A stretch of DNA of 63,852 nucleotides, the filler included, from Reticulomyxa filosa (Eukaryota > Protista > Foraminifera), in the NCBI GenBank assembly GCA_000512085.1. It is 15 parts of 15 records of this genome, joined end to end, with 100 filler letters (N's around TTAATTAATTAA, not from the genome) between each part and the next. Parts side by side here need not be neighbours in the genome. Positions count along the whole stretch, not along the records: positions 25,708 to 26,819 come from ASPP01013019.1; positions 26,920 to 31,456 come from ASPP01015738.1; positions 31,557 to 36,285 come from ASPP01024126.1; positions 36,386 to 40,084 come from ASPP01008338.1; 11 more parts are not named here. The stretch is one strand, 5' to 3'. How positions within the stretch are numbered: the first letter of the stretch is position 1; every line of letters starts with the position of its first letter. The notes beneath the pieces are model-generated. The model saw only the letters and a list, made by a program, of their open reading frames with translations, did no database searches and was not told where the DNA came from. Shown here piece by piece: positions 25,743 to 38,499 of the stretch. The translations under genes were made by a program, and so were the position numbers.

Positions 25743-26759
25743 ATGAATGACGCATACGCAAATGAACAACAACAACAGAGGCTGTGTGTGTTGAGTTCTC
25801 GTTTGTGGAATTTAGGCAGCGGCTACGACTACTCTCCCGTAGTGCTGTGTACATTGGAGATATTGAACATGTCGTGTTACGTGGGCGTGGCGACATATGG
25901 AGACACCTTATGGACAGAAGGCCGAGTGAGACAGCAGAGCAACGGTGACAGATTCTGCGAGACAAAGGAGCCAATGGCGGGCCTGTTGGTGACGGCATGT
26001 TTGGACGTGATGCTTGCACTGGTGTTATGTCTGATGTTTGTGCGTCCGCTGTATCATGTGAGTTACAACTTGCGCGTGTTGGACCTGGAACAAAAGATGA
26101 TATGGGAACGTCTGCAATCCAAATGGGATCCGACGTTCTACGCATCGTCGGCGAGTTCTCTGGCATTGTCCCGTACCACCACCACCACCACCACTTTGCC
26201 ATCACATGTATACGTCAATGGCACCATGGCGAGCGCACATGCAGACGACACGCCTGTCGGCACAGGAGCTGTGCATGCGATTTATGCGACAATTCACGCG
26301 AGTCATGTGGACAATAAGACTCCCACTGACGCCACAAATACGCCCGTGTTGTCCATGACCACTGCCACTACTGCCACCTATCGTCGAAACACAGACACAA
26401 ATGCGAGAGGGTCCGTACATGACAACGAACAAGGAGAAGGAGAAAGAGAAAGAGGAGGAGGAGGAATGGACATAATCGAACTGCCGCCCATTCCCTCGGC
26501 TCATCCCTTGCCTCCTTCCAATAATAGACTTGTTGATGCCATCATTGCAGCTACACTCACGCCGAAAGATACTTCTCGCGTCAGCACGCTATACTCTCAT
26601 CCCGAGCCCGATACTGACACCAACATGGACGTCGACGAACCTGGCCGGAACAACGCATCCAGTCCGATGCTCGAGATCCTGGCAACGACAAATGAAAGTC
26701 AGCCGCATATTCTTTTTTTCAATGGCAAAGAGAAAGAGGAAGGAAAGTTGCATAAGTAG
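25743..26759 (+). CDS. Fragment of a putative 7TM/GPCR-like membrane protein (TM - Cys loop - TM - long intracellular loop)
   Basis: 'VVLCTLEILNMSCYVGVA', loop 'RFCET', then 'GLLVTACLDVMLALVLCLMFVRPL' followed by a long polar region. Topology-based guess only. Confidence 0.35.
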   Translation: MNDAYANEQQQQRLCVLSSRLWNLGSGYDYSPVVLCTLEILNMSCYVGVATYGDTLWTEGRVRQQSNGDRFCETKEPMAGLLVTACLDVMLALVLCLMFVRPLYHVSYNLRVLDLEQKMIWERLQSKWDPTFYASSASSLALSRTTTTTTTLPSHVYVNGTMASAHADDTPVGTGAVHAIYATIHASHVDNKTPTDATNTPVLSMTTATTATYRRNTDTNARGSVHDNEQGEGERERGGGGMDIIELPPIPSAHPLPPSNNRLVDAIIAATLTPKDTSRVSTLYSHPEPDTDTNMDVDEPGRNNASSPMLEILATTNESQPHILFFNGKEKEEGKLHK

Positions 26760-26819
26760 TACATTTCATACAATATACATACATATATGTATATATATAT
26801 ATATATATATATACGTATA

Positions 26820-26919
26820 NNNNNNNNNNNNNNNNNNNNNNNNNNNNNNNNNNNNNNNNNNNNTTAATTAATTAANNNNNNNNNNNNNNNNNNNNNNNNN
26901 NNNNNNNNNNNNNNNNNNN
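26820..26919. other. Assembly linker/gap
   Basis: Same 100-bp linker. Confidence 0.99.
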
Positions 26920-27287
26920 ATAATAATAATAATAATATTAATAATAATAATAATATTAATAATAATGATAATAATGATAATAATAATAATAATGTGGTAC
27001 ATACTCATGATGCTATTGATTTGGCAGTTGTCTTACAATCCATTCAAAGTAGCTTTCGTCAGCATATTTATTCTCAATTGTCTCATATTACGACCTCTTC
27101 TTCTCCTTCATCTGACCATCTCGACGACACGACTAATAATTCTCTCGTCACTACCCGTTCTCCATTTTTAGAGGAATGTGCTCAAAAGTTTTCTTTTTCC
27201 GTCCCGTTCATTGAAGACCAAATTCAACATATTTCCGTCTATTCACAAATTATTGACTCCGTCGATGCCATTTTCACTAAAGTCTAG
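26920..27287 (+). CDS. 3' end of a hypothetical protein
   Basis: Poly-Asn run leading into the coding-like ORF 26994-27287. Confidence 0.4.
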
Positions 27288-28018
27288 TTTCTATCTTTCC
27301 CTTTTTTTTTTTTTTTTTTTGCTGGGCTCATTCGCTTTCCAACATATTGCATGCGTGTGGATCGACGCTTTTTGTTTTGACACTGCAAAAATCAGTGAAA
27401 TGAGTTTTTTTTTTAAAGAGACATTTTCTCAAAAATTCTCCCTCTAGCTTTTTAATATACATTTTACATTTCCAAAAAACTTTTTCTTTGTAAGTGATTT
27501 CCATGTTGAAACACTCAAACTGTTCTTTTTATTTTTTTGCAGATTGTTGTTCGGACAAATGTTCTTGAGAGACATGTCCGAGATTTCATTTTAACATCTT
27601 TTACGCCAAATCGAAAACCTAATTATGTACTACTTCTGTTAACCCTTCGTTTATAATTGTTAATTTTGTGGACTTGCTAGGAAGACAAATTGAAAAGTCA
27701 ACGGTTACCCTTCGATTTGAAAGCTGTTCTGATGTGCTCAAAAAATTAACAAATGTCTACTAAAGATTCAATTTTGTGCTTCCAAGTTCATTAAACTTAA
27801 GCAGACTCGACTCCGTCTTTTTATTTGCATTTCTTTTTAGTTTATTTGTTTGAAACTTTAAAGAATTTCGTTTGCAAAACACAAAACAACAGAGCAAGGA
27901 CATTGCGATTTCCAACGAAAATAAATGGTACTTATTTCCCTCCTCCCTCCCCCCCCCAGACTTTCTTTAAACAGAATAACACAGTACAAATTTTCTCTAT
28001 TGTATCATGCGAATTGTT

Positions 28019-29253
28019 TCAGCGCCATATCCGAATTGTACAGTCTCGAGAACATGACACAATTGTATCACCGTCAGGAGAAACATCAATTCCTGTCACT
28101 GGCGCGCCATGTCCTTCCAATTTCTGCAATTCATCTCCTGCTTGCACACCCCATAATCGAATTGTTTTATCATCTGAGCAAGATACAATGATCTGACCAT
28201 AAGGAAAATATCTGACTTCATTTACAATGTCCGAATGTCCTTTCAATATTTTCAATTGTTTACCAGACTCGACACCCCATATTCGAACTGTCTTATCACT
28301 TGAACATGACACAACAAATTGGCCGTCTGGAGAAAAGCTTGCACAGCGTACAGAATAGGCATGCCCAATCAAGTCTTTGAGTTTTTTGTGTGTCCTTAAA
28401 TCCCACAATGCAATTGTCTTATCATAAGATGATGACACAAGCATTTCACCATTTGGCGAATATTGCACACTACCTATCATATCTGCATGGCCAAGTATTT
28501 GTATTTCTGTCGTGGAATTCACTCCCCAAAGTCTTATTTTATTGTCAGACGCACCAGTTACAATATGTGTACCATTTGGTGAAAAATGCACATCCAATGC
28601 AAATGAATTGATTTTGACCACTTTTTTTCCGGAATTTACATCCCAACAATATACATACCCATCTTGTGAACATGATACAGCCATTGATCCTTGTGATGAA
28701 ATTCTGCTGCATATACTACATTCGAATGCCGTTCGAAAGCTTGAATTTGCTTTCCTGATACAATGTCCCATATTCGAGCTGTGTTATCCACTGAAGATGA
28801 AATAACTCTGTTCCCATTTGATGCAAATCTTACTGTATTTATTTCATCCGAATGTCCTTTCAACACTTTTTGCGTTTGAAAAAATTTGGCCTGTACACAA
28901 AAGACAAATGTCTTTCCTTTCTTTCAAAAACCACATACATCACGTAACGTATTTGACAACAATCTTGTTAAAATCGTGGATCCATCCTAATCTAATATTC
29001 AAAATTCTAATCCAATTTTGAAGGACCGTTTCTACTACTTTATCTGACTAGTTGTGCGTTATAATACATTTATTGCACTTTAATCGCAATAATAAATATA
29101 TTTCTAAAATGTTAAAGAACACTTACCTGCCGTAACTTTGTAGTAGTACTCATCTATGCTATATCAAAAAGATATCAAATTAATGTTAAACTTTTAAAAA
29201 AGAAGGCACTTTTCGGTCCCTTTTTTTATTTTGACTTTAACAGAAATTTGCAT
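28019..29253 (-). CDS. WD40-repeat protein (about 7 repeats) with an N-terminal 'WIRILNIRLGWIHDFNKIVVKY' exon; 1-nt frameshift at 28699-28701
   Basis: GH...SSSVDNTARIWD and SCSSDKTVRIW-type repeats. ORFs 28636-28866 and 28019-28771 join if T3 is read as T4. Start at 29253 is tentative. Confidence 0.85.
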
Positions 29254-31456
29254 TTTAAGAACTTTTCTATGTTTTAACCTTCTTTATGAAAAGAAATGGA
29301 CAAACCTATTTTTTTTGCCAATGGATGCTTGTGTATTGTTAAATTTTCGCAGAGCTAGTTGATTTAAATAAAGGATATTGAATCAATAGAGAGACTCAAG
29401 GAGTATATCAATCAAAGTTTTTTATTCGCCATGTTTATCCATAAATACCTTTAAGGTGATTCCCCCTTCAGAAATGGAGCCACTGTTCATAAACAAAAAA
29501 AGAAAACCTTTCGCAGAATATCAGAAGAGGCGAATACGAAAACAGAACGTAAAGAGAAAGACTGGTTTGGAATATTCTGAAATTATCTTCGTAGAAATAG
29601 TACGAAGAAATGATATATGAGAGTGTTTTAAAATTATTGCTATTAAAAATGCTATTGCACAATACTATAAAAATATAAAACAAGAGTAGTTTGACCCAAC
29701 ACAAGCAAAGAAGAATTCTGTCTATCTTTGATATTCTTCAATTGATTTTTGCAATCACCATTCAAATCATTAAATCCTTTTCGTACTTCACAGCAACAAG
29801 TCAGTTCCGTGTAAAAACAACATCGTCAATTTAAAGATGAAGAGGGATTAAAAGCATTTCAATAAATTATTACAGTTCCTTACTCCAGTGGAACAAGAAC
29901 TATCAACCAAATCTTAAAAATCGTTATGACAAACGTCGTGGGTGTTAGAGTGTTTGTGCAACGTCGCAATAAAAGATACTTTCTTTGTCTGATTTTTTTC
30001 TGTGTGAAAGGATGTTGTCACACAAGAAAAAACATAACAACAAAATTATAATAAAAAGTGTTTCCTTTTTTTGCCGAGACCTTTAAGGAGGTTTTTTTTG
30101 AACGGAAAAAGGGGCAAAATAAAATAAAGCTTTGTCACAAACTGATAATCATTCGCTTTGATCTATTGATCTATTTTTTTGTTTGCTTTTTTTTGACAAA
30201 TTTTCACTTTCCAATTCACATCTTGGAAGTTTTCTGACATTCCGGCTCATGTTTACAAAATATTGCGAGTTCTTATATTGCATATAATATTTATCGTTGT
30301 TACCATAATAGAACTGCATTGGAGGAGAATGGCATGGTGATATTTTGAAGTTTGTACACATCGATAGTATTCGTAATGTGCATTTATAGAAATAGATTAT
30401 TAAAAATATTTTATTTATTTCAGTTGTGAAAGAATCAAAGGAAAAACAAACTTCATTTCTTTTACAAAATTTTTAATTCAGATAATTGGCAGCACGTGCT
30501 ACTAAAATGGTCGTCTGGACCAAGTTGTCCAATTATCTCTTTCTATCTGGAAATTCTGTTCAAGTATATGTGCATGTAACGGTGTGTCTTATTTTTATAC
30601 GTGATAATAATGAACTTATATATGCATATGTACATTTATATTATATAGTGTCCTTTGTTTATATTAACTGATATTGTCACCAAAAAGGGACCTTGTTGAC
30701 AGCATTCAGTATATCTATTAAAATACTTTCAGCTTGTGGTCGATTGATTTTAGTTTGTTTAGCCACAATGTAAGAGTATGTGAAATTGATGAAATATTCG
30801 ATTTATTACAACTTGTTTTTAAAATTACACTATGGAACGAATTTTCAAATATTTGAAAATTGAAAGAAAAGTTTATATATTGATATTCACTAGATTTATT
30901 ATGATAATCTGCAAAAATCAAAAGCTTTCACACAGTATGAACAAAAATATTTTGATATATTCATTTCAATGGATTATATAAATCCATTTACTTATCAAAA
31001 AGAAATAAAATTGATATTGCAATTTTTACGATATCATTGTCATTATCTTTGCATCACAATTAATACTTTTCATTGACAAAAATAAAAACGAATCATAATA
31101 CAATCAAATGCAGTTAATGGAAATAATAAAAGAGATTTTTTATTTAATGTACATCAAAAAAGAAAAATAGTATCCAATTCAAACAAGTCAAATCAAAATA
31201 AATAATCTTTCTTGTCCATAAGAACACAATATTTTTGTTGTGATTATTGACATACTTTTATATTCATTGTAAACACAAAATTGTGCAATAAATAATAGAA
31301 TAATCAACAAATTCCATTCTTTATCTAACGAAGCAATCCTAAATTTCAAAATTCATTACTATACATCAATACAATAAATACTTGATAAAGATGTTTAAAC
31401 AGATAATTTTTTTAAAAAAGAAGGGTCATCATAAACAATTCAAAAACAAAAAAAAA

Positions 31457-31556
31457 NNNNNNNNNNNNNNNNNNNNNNNNNNNNNNNNNNNNNNNNNNNN
31501 TTAATTAATTAANNNNNNNNNNNNNNNNNNNNNNNNNNNNNNNNNNNNNNNNNNNN
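31457..31556. other. Assembly linker/gap
   Basis: Same 100-bp linker. Confidence 0.99.
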
Positions 31557-31589
31557 TATATATATATGTACATACATTATGTACATATA

Positions 31590-31983
31590 ATAAAGCCATC
31601 GAGGATTTCATCATTTCGATCCAACCGAGACCAGAAATTGCTGGTAATTTCCGTGGATTGCAATTGGCATATGATACGACGCATTGCTTCGTCGATGTAC
31701 GTATTCATATTCCAAACGATACCCAACAACGACTTTGCCATCATGGCTGTGTGTTCGTTCACCTACTTTACTGTCAATGGCATCTTGCTGTGCAAATACG
31801 GCGACAAAAACCAAGGCGCGTTGTATCTCTTTTGCGCCGTTGCCGACGTGTTGCCGGGAATCATGTACACCATTTATTTGGACTTTCGACGTCCTTCCCA
31901 CGCTCAGCGACCTGCTCTTCATGACAGTTTGCAACATTCATTTTATATATATATACGTATATACATGCATATACGTATACATA

Positions 31984-32014
<31 letters not shown>

Positions 32015-33504
32015 GTATATGTGTGGGGGATGGAGTAAAGCAATACACGCAATGGAAACGCTACATTTGGAAAGCGAGGGCGTGCAGTTTTCGTACGAAG
32101 AGTCAGTGCTTACAAGCAAGACAGCAAAATTCGTTTGCGAGACAGAACTCAGCAAGTGCTACGTGTTCACAAAAGGAAGTCGCTTCACATTTTTCCTGAC
32201 TTTTATGTTCAAACTGTTCTATTTCATATCCGTGCCGTTGACCAATCCAGACACTTATCGGTGTCAACTGGCCAGAATGTATTGCTTCAAAAGTGGGAGC
32301 AGTGCTGGTTTGACTATATTCATATATATATTTGATATACGTATATATATATATATATGATATTATTGTATCAATTGATAGAAGATGGATTAAATGAGGT
32401 TTGCTCAAATGACAGTGAATTATCATTGAGAAACGAGTGTGTGCAAGAATACTTTGTGCCTCTGTTTTTGATATTGCGCCCGTTTGTAGCGATGCTTCAC
32501 GTGAACACCATGTGTTTGATGTGCGAGACGAAGCCTTCTTCGCACGAGTCGCATTTCAGCAACCTGGCCAATCACTTCAACATTTGGGTGGTCGTGTCCA
32601 TTTTTGTGGTTACCATGGTGTGCGATCTGTCCTCGTCCAATGGCATTTCCATCATCTCCTCTCAACGGGGCTCCGATTTGTGGACCTTGTTCTTGCTTAT
32701 TGTTTTGCTTTGTCAAATCCTTTGCATTCGCAAATTGAAACAAACCACTGACTCCAGTTTATATACATATATATATATATGTATATATTGTTTTTCAATG
32801 GTCACTCCATTTTTTTAAAAATAAAATTGCAGTGTCTCACATTCCTAATAATAACTCAAACAACGACGACGACGACGACGACGACGGAGAACATCAAGAA
32901 AATTGGAAGATCCCCTTTTTCTTTGGCTTTGCGCTCTACGTAATGTCTTTCGTGTCCCTTATGCTTTCGTTTGTTGGTGCCGAAAAAGTTTTGAAGTTTT
33001 TTTTATGATATATGTATATATGCATGTATGTATGTATGTATACGTATATATGGCCACGTGCGTGAATAGTCGGCTTGGGACACAATTCACACCTACGATC
33101 GGGAAATAGTAATCTTATTATTCAACTTCTCACAAATAGTAATGGGGTATTACTTGCGCATATTGGTTCAGACCGACGACGGTGTCCGCATGCTCAGTGA
33201 TGAAAAACATGTATACACTCGACTGCTGTTGAAATGGAATTGCATGCTTGCAATTGTAAACTTGCTGCACTTTTTCATATTCGAATACAACCACTTCACA
33301 GAATTTATCGAATATGGCACCAATTCCGAGGAGTGGAATGACTCGTTAACATATTCATTTGCCTTCTTTTTCAGTGTTTTAGACTTCCAATTGTGGACCT
33401 TGGAAATATTCGCACCGTGGATGTATCCCAAGGTACACGATGAAATGCCACATGCTGCTGAGTCTCGCTTTTCCGTGGCCAGAGCTTACACCAGAAATTT
33501 GTAG
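31590..33504 (+). CDS. Multi-exon polytopic membrane protein (about 9-10 TM visible), possibly otopetrin-like; 5' end in the gap
   Basis: Coding blocks 31566-31925, ~32040-32308, ~32382-32757, ~32833-32996 and 33070-33504, each with hydrophobic helices, separated by (TA)n introns. Confidence 0.55.
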
Positions 33505-33801
33505 TCTTGTGAGCCATCTTTTGACAATGCTTTCACTAACCCGCATTTCTTTATTTATCGGAACAATAAAACAATTACTGCTCTTTATTTTTTATAATTT
33601 TTGTGATGATTGATGATATATTACAAGTCAATTTTTGCTATTCAATGTAACGCAATCTCAAGGATAAAGTATTTTAAAAAAAAAAAAAGATTGCAAAATG
33701 ATAAACACTAAAAAATCACGAAGCTACATAAATCAACTACTAAAACAGTTTGCAGTTTCATAGCATTCAACCCAACAACAAAATTTTGGAAGAAGAAGAG
33801 T

Positions 33802-33974
33802 TGTAGGACGAGGCCTACAGTGCTAACCAAAGTCTAAACTCTTTTACAAAACCAACACCCAAATTCACTTGTTTTTTTGTTTTCTTCTTAATTTAACTTT
33901 TGTTTTAGTTTGAAACTAGCTCAAAAGAGATATTTCCTTTTCGTATTACACTTGTCTGGTGCGAACAGCTGACC
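33802..33974. repeat. Dispersed block-conserved element, copy 1
   Basis: Hairpin TGTAGG..CCTACA, TAAACTCTTTTACAA, TCACTT, 68-nt T-rich spacer, TTTCGTATTACA (33939-33950), GTGCGAAC, CTGACC. Confidence 0.7.
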
Positions 33975-33989
33975 TCACTCTCCATACGA

Positions 33990-34575
33990 GTGTTGAAGAA
34001 ATTTATAATAATTCATTTGGAAAATCTCTCACAGATAGCAATCAGAGTTGATCCATGTCCATATTTCAAAAGTTACAGTTGTTTTGTTTGTTGATTGCCA
34101 CAGAATCAATTTTTTCATAGCAGAAACGAAAAATTTAGTTATCTTGTCAATTTTTAAAATATCTTCAAACCTTTTCAATTTTTAATTTGTCTTGTTTGTG
34201 CCAATTACATAGTATGAAATATTTGAAATTTGAGCAATAATGTTTCAAATTCAACAAAAATTGTTTATATGTACACCATATAAAATATAAATATCCTTTT
34301 GACATTTTTAAATTTTTTCCTAATTCTACATTCCATATTCGAATTGTTTTATCACATGAAGCAGATAGTGATACTAGCCAAGTGTACCCTTTTAATTCTT
34401 TTTAATCTGTACTCATTATAACGTGATATAAAATTTTTTGATTATCTCTGATGAAAATTGTACAGTCCATAATTCATGTAAATAATATGCTTTTATTCTT
34501 TTCCAAAAATTTACATCCCATCATGTACCTGATACAATAATATTTCCATCTGGTGAAAATTTCATTTGAAGTACC
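33990..34575 (-). pseudogene. WD40 pseudogene
   Basis: Remnants 'MKFSPDGNIIVSGT*WDV' and 'SASCDKTIRIWNVELGKNLKMSKG' amid stops and frameshifts. Confidence 0.75.
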
Positions 34576-34618
34576 TGGGCCCGTTCAAAGGCTGTGAACT
34601 TTTTTTTAAGGAGCAAAT

Positions 34619-35482
34619 ATGGGCAATAGAAATTCAAAAAACTCAAAAGAAAAGACCTTATCAAAAAAAGAGAAACAGTATCCAGTAAAAATTCAGACAG
34701 AAGGTTGGAGCATGACCAAAAAACATGAACAAGTTCTTAAACAAGTACTTGACAGTTACAACTTACAAGACGTAATAGAGATTATTTTATCATTACTTGG
34801 GAACAATGAAATATATTATCGTTTCACACGTCCAAATCTTTTTGATATTTCTGCTTCAAACGATTTTTTTATTGATCCTAACTGGATTAAGTTTTGAAAA
34901 CAAAATAAATAATTAGATAATTAAAAAATTAAAAAAAAAAAAATTAAAAGGTCACAACAACAACATTCTTATGGTATTCGTTTTGTAATTTTGGGAAAAC
35001 ACAAATCTGGCAAAAGTGCTTTATGGATGCGATTTATCAGTGGAATATTTTTATCAACTTTTGATCCGACAATGATGGAAACATTAAGAAAACAATTTAT
35101 ATTAACTAAGCAATGCATTTGCTTGATAACAATTGAAGAAATGATTGATAATAATGAATTTTCTTCTTTGAGAGATGTGTTCATTGGGGAGGCTGATTGC
35201 ATTATTATTACTTATGATGTAAGTCAACCAGGTTCTCCAATAGATTATATTACACCATATTTATTGTATATACAACGTTTAAAAGTAATCACAACAATAA
35301 TTGCTGGAACAAAAAATGATTTGGGAAAAAGTAATGATTTTTTAGATCACATGGATTCTTTTTTTGATTTTTGTAAACAAAATAATCTTTGTTATATTGA
35401 TATATCTTCAAAACTAGATATAAATGTCGATTTTTTATTTAAATATTCAGTTTTTAGATTTTGGTTTGACTCACTTGAATAA
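34619..35482 (+). CDS. Atypical Ras-family small GTPase with an N-terminal extension (intron 34891-34950)
   Basis: G1 'GKHKSGKS', G2 'FDPT', 'EFSSLRD', G4 'TKND', G5 'ISSK'. G3 DxxG is replaced by 'EEMID'. No CaaX box. N-terminus MGNRNS. Confidence 0.8.
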
Positions 35483-35639
35483 TTGTATAGTGTAAAAAGT
35501 GAAATAGATTTTTGTTTAAATATAATTTTCTAAAGTGAGAATTTTCATTACATGATCTTGACACTTTGATATATTGAACTGTTTTCTTTAAAATTTACTT
35601 TTTGCTGTTTTTGTAAGTAACATGTTTGTGATCTATATT

Positions 35640-35785
35640 TGTGTTTCTGGATCATGGGATAAATACTATTCGTTTATGGGATGTTAAAACATCCAAATCA
35701 TTACATGTTTTCAATGGACATACATTTTATGTTTCATGTGTTGACATTTCACCATTACAAAGCAATATCAACAGTAATGATAAAT
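35640..35785 (+). pseudogene. Isolated WD40 repeat fragment
   Basis: 'SGSWD(N)TIRLWDVKTSKSLHVFNGHTFYVSCVDISPLQSN' with a 1-nt insertion, followed by stops. Confidence 0.8.
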
Positions 35786-36285
35786 AATAATTGAATTGTA
35801 TTACTCGTAGATTATTCTACTTAATAAAAATTTGCCTAGAAGCAAATATTAATTTTTTTTTGAGTAAACATCCGACATAGTCATGATATCTATAGCATTT
35901 CAACGTTCACGTTTTTCCATCACATAAAAACCTTGTTGTCGTGTAATTTTGCGAACATTTAGTATGAAATAATACATATTAATTCTAAAAAATATAACGT
36001 AAACAGCGTTGCTGTTTATCATTAGGACTAAAAATCACTTGTTTTTCTTTTTTCAAGCATGAAAAATTGCATATATATATATTTACAACCAAGTTAATAT
36101 TTTCCAAAATTTAATAGCTAGGCTTTGACCTTAATTGTTTTTTTTGCAAATAAGTCATTACAATTTCAAATACAACAAAATTATTTTTGCTTATTAGTTG
36201 GTTTTATTAATTTTTTTTTCAATTATGTGCAGTTTTTTGATTTCATTAACCAAACAAAAAATGTTAATGTAAAATATCTTGTTTT

Positions 36286-36385
36286 NNNNNNNNNNNNNNN
36301 NNNNNNNNNNNNNNNNNNNNNNNNNNNNNTTAATTAATTAANNNNNNNNNNNNNNNNNNNNNNNNNNNNNNNNNNNNNNNNNNNN
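36286..36385. other. Assembly linker/gap
   Basis: Same 100-bp linker. Confidence 0.99.
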
Positions 36386-36419
36386 ATATATATATGTATG
36401 TATATGTGTTGTTGTAATA

Positions 36420-36805
36420 ACTTCGTTCTTATTATGAGCACTTTTCTTCCCCTTTTGTTGACACTGTCGCTGTCGCTGCTGGTTTCGTCTGTCGGGGTTC
36501 GCTATCGTTACTATGCCCATCACCTCCTCGACTTCGCTTTCCTCATCTGCTGCTGTCTTCTGTCCAATTCCCGCTTTTTCTGGGTGTCTTCCGCCCCTTG
36601 TCGGTATCATCTCTTGCTTTTCTTCGATCGTGTTCGCTACGCTATTCCCATGCTCGTTCTTGTCCTTTTCTTCCTGTCTTAAATAAGAAAAATCATTCTG
36701 TTCAAATTGTAAATACGGTGAACCACTATCTTGAATAGTCTCTGGAGTAATATCTTGAACAGTCTCTTGGACTGTATTTTGTTTTAGACATAGAATACTA
36801 AACAT
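36420..36805 (-). CDS. 5' exon of a hypothetical hydrophilic protein
   Basis: E/K/Q-rich open frame from the ATG at 36805 to a GT donor near 36420. Confidence 0.4.
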
Positions 36806-37443
36806 TAACTTTGAACTTTTTTTTACTGAAACTACCAACTAATTTTTTTTTAGAACACAATAAGGTTTTGCAGTAAAATGGTATTAATCCATTTTCAAAC
36901 CGGCGTTCAATAAAATACTAAAAATCTACACAAAACTCATGTTTACTATTTAAAACAAAATCGCGAAAAAGCAAAATTAGAAAGTTCATGGTGAGTTTCG
37001 GCTGCTCTTTTCTACCAAAAAATTTTGAACTTACCCTTTGAAATTATTCTAAAAAGATTAAAAGGAAGCGATTTTTGCCCGTCAAGTATCGTAAAATATG
37101 GTATTGATATCTTTGTCTCTTCCATCAACAAACGAAAGAAAGGATAAGAGAGGTCAGACGTAAAAAACAGCAAAGCAAAACACTTCTTCCTTGAAACAAA
37201 AAAATACAATAAACTCCACAGGACAATGAACATGGGACAGATCAGTTACGTCAGTAGATGTATGCACACAATCTATCAAATAATCATCACTACTTTGTTT
37301 GAACAGAAATGAAGAGCATAAAAAGAAAAAAAAGCAATTACGGGGAAGATTGAGGAAATTAATTCAAAGAAAAATAATCAAAGTTACTTTTATTCTAAAT
37401 GTACGTATAAAAACACTGATGACATTGTTAAAAAAACCAACAG

Positions 37444-38499
37444 GCTGAGAAGCAAATGAACTTTTGTTTGAATTATTGGATTCGTAAAGATCAAATTGGA
37501 TTTGGATGGATCAGTGATTTAAACAAACTTATTGCACAATACTTGCGAGTAAATAAATAGTATACATATTTTTTAAAAAAATTTTGGATTCGATGTTTTA
37601 TTATATCAAAATAATAATAGGCCGGATACTTTAAAATATTGAATGTATTTACAGGGCATTTGGCAGAAGTAAATAGTGTGAAGTTCTCACCAGATGGTAA
37701 AAAAATCATTTCATCATCACATGATAGCACGATTCGAATATGGGATGTAAGCTCAGGACAAGTAATCCAAAAAATCGATACATATCCATACAGACCTATT
37801 GACGCACAATTTTCACCAAAATACAAGATTATTGCATCTGCAGCAGGAACGAAGATTATGTTATATACTATATCAGGAGAATTTCTGCGAAAAATGGAAG
37901 GCCATCATGATAATATTACACGAATTCAATTTTCACCAGACGGAGAAAAAATTGTGTCATCATCAATTGACAAAACTGTTCGGTTATGGGATGTATATAC
38001 TGGATTGCAAAAAGCATGTATGTATGGACATTTGCGTAAAGTAAATGATGCAAAATTTTCACCTGATGGTCAAACTATTGTTTCTTCTTCAACAGATAAC
38101 GCAATTATAATATGGAATAAAGAATCTGGTGCTAAATTGCGTAAACTCGAAGGACATTTATCTTCTGTAAGAGCTGCAAAATTTTCTCCAGATGGATTTT
38201 TTATTGCTTCATGTTCAAATGACAAAACAATTCGAATATGGAATGCACAAACAGGAGAAACAACAGCAACATGGCGAATATCTACAAAATTCATAAAGGA
38301 TTTACAATATTCACCAGATTGTAAAATGATTGTATCTGCTTGTTATGATAAAGTAATTCGATTATGGGATTTGAAAACCAATTGTCAATTACAAAGTTTA
38401 ATTGGACATGACAATTGCATAACTGGATTGGATTTCTCACCAGATGGTAACAGAATTGCAAGTTCATCTCTTGATGGCACTATCATATTATGGGGATAA
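37444..38499 (+). CDS. WD40-repeat protein (7 repeats) with an N-terminal 'YWIRKDQIGFGWISDLNKLIAQY' exon; further upstream exons from about 37226 likely
   Basis: Clear GH...FSPDG...S.D.TIRIWD repeats; in-frame intron 37549-37620. Confidence 0.9.

Noticed and set aside
29520-29700. Possible fourth copy of the dispersed element (TCAG..AATACGAAA...AGTTTGACCC)
   Set aside because: Partial matches only, wrong spacing, no AAGTGA block or hairpin.
33939-33956. AAGTGTAATA resembles the U2 snRNA branch-pairing region (AAGTGTAGTA)
   Set aside because: Key mismatch, and no other U2 sequence or Sm site around it.
36480-36540. 'GIVTIANPDR' resembles the PDAP1/PP28 motif
   Set aside because: Too short, and the diagnostic C-terminal part would lie in the gap.
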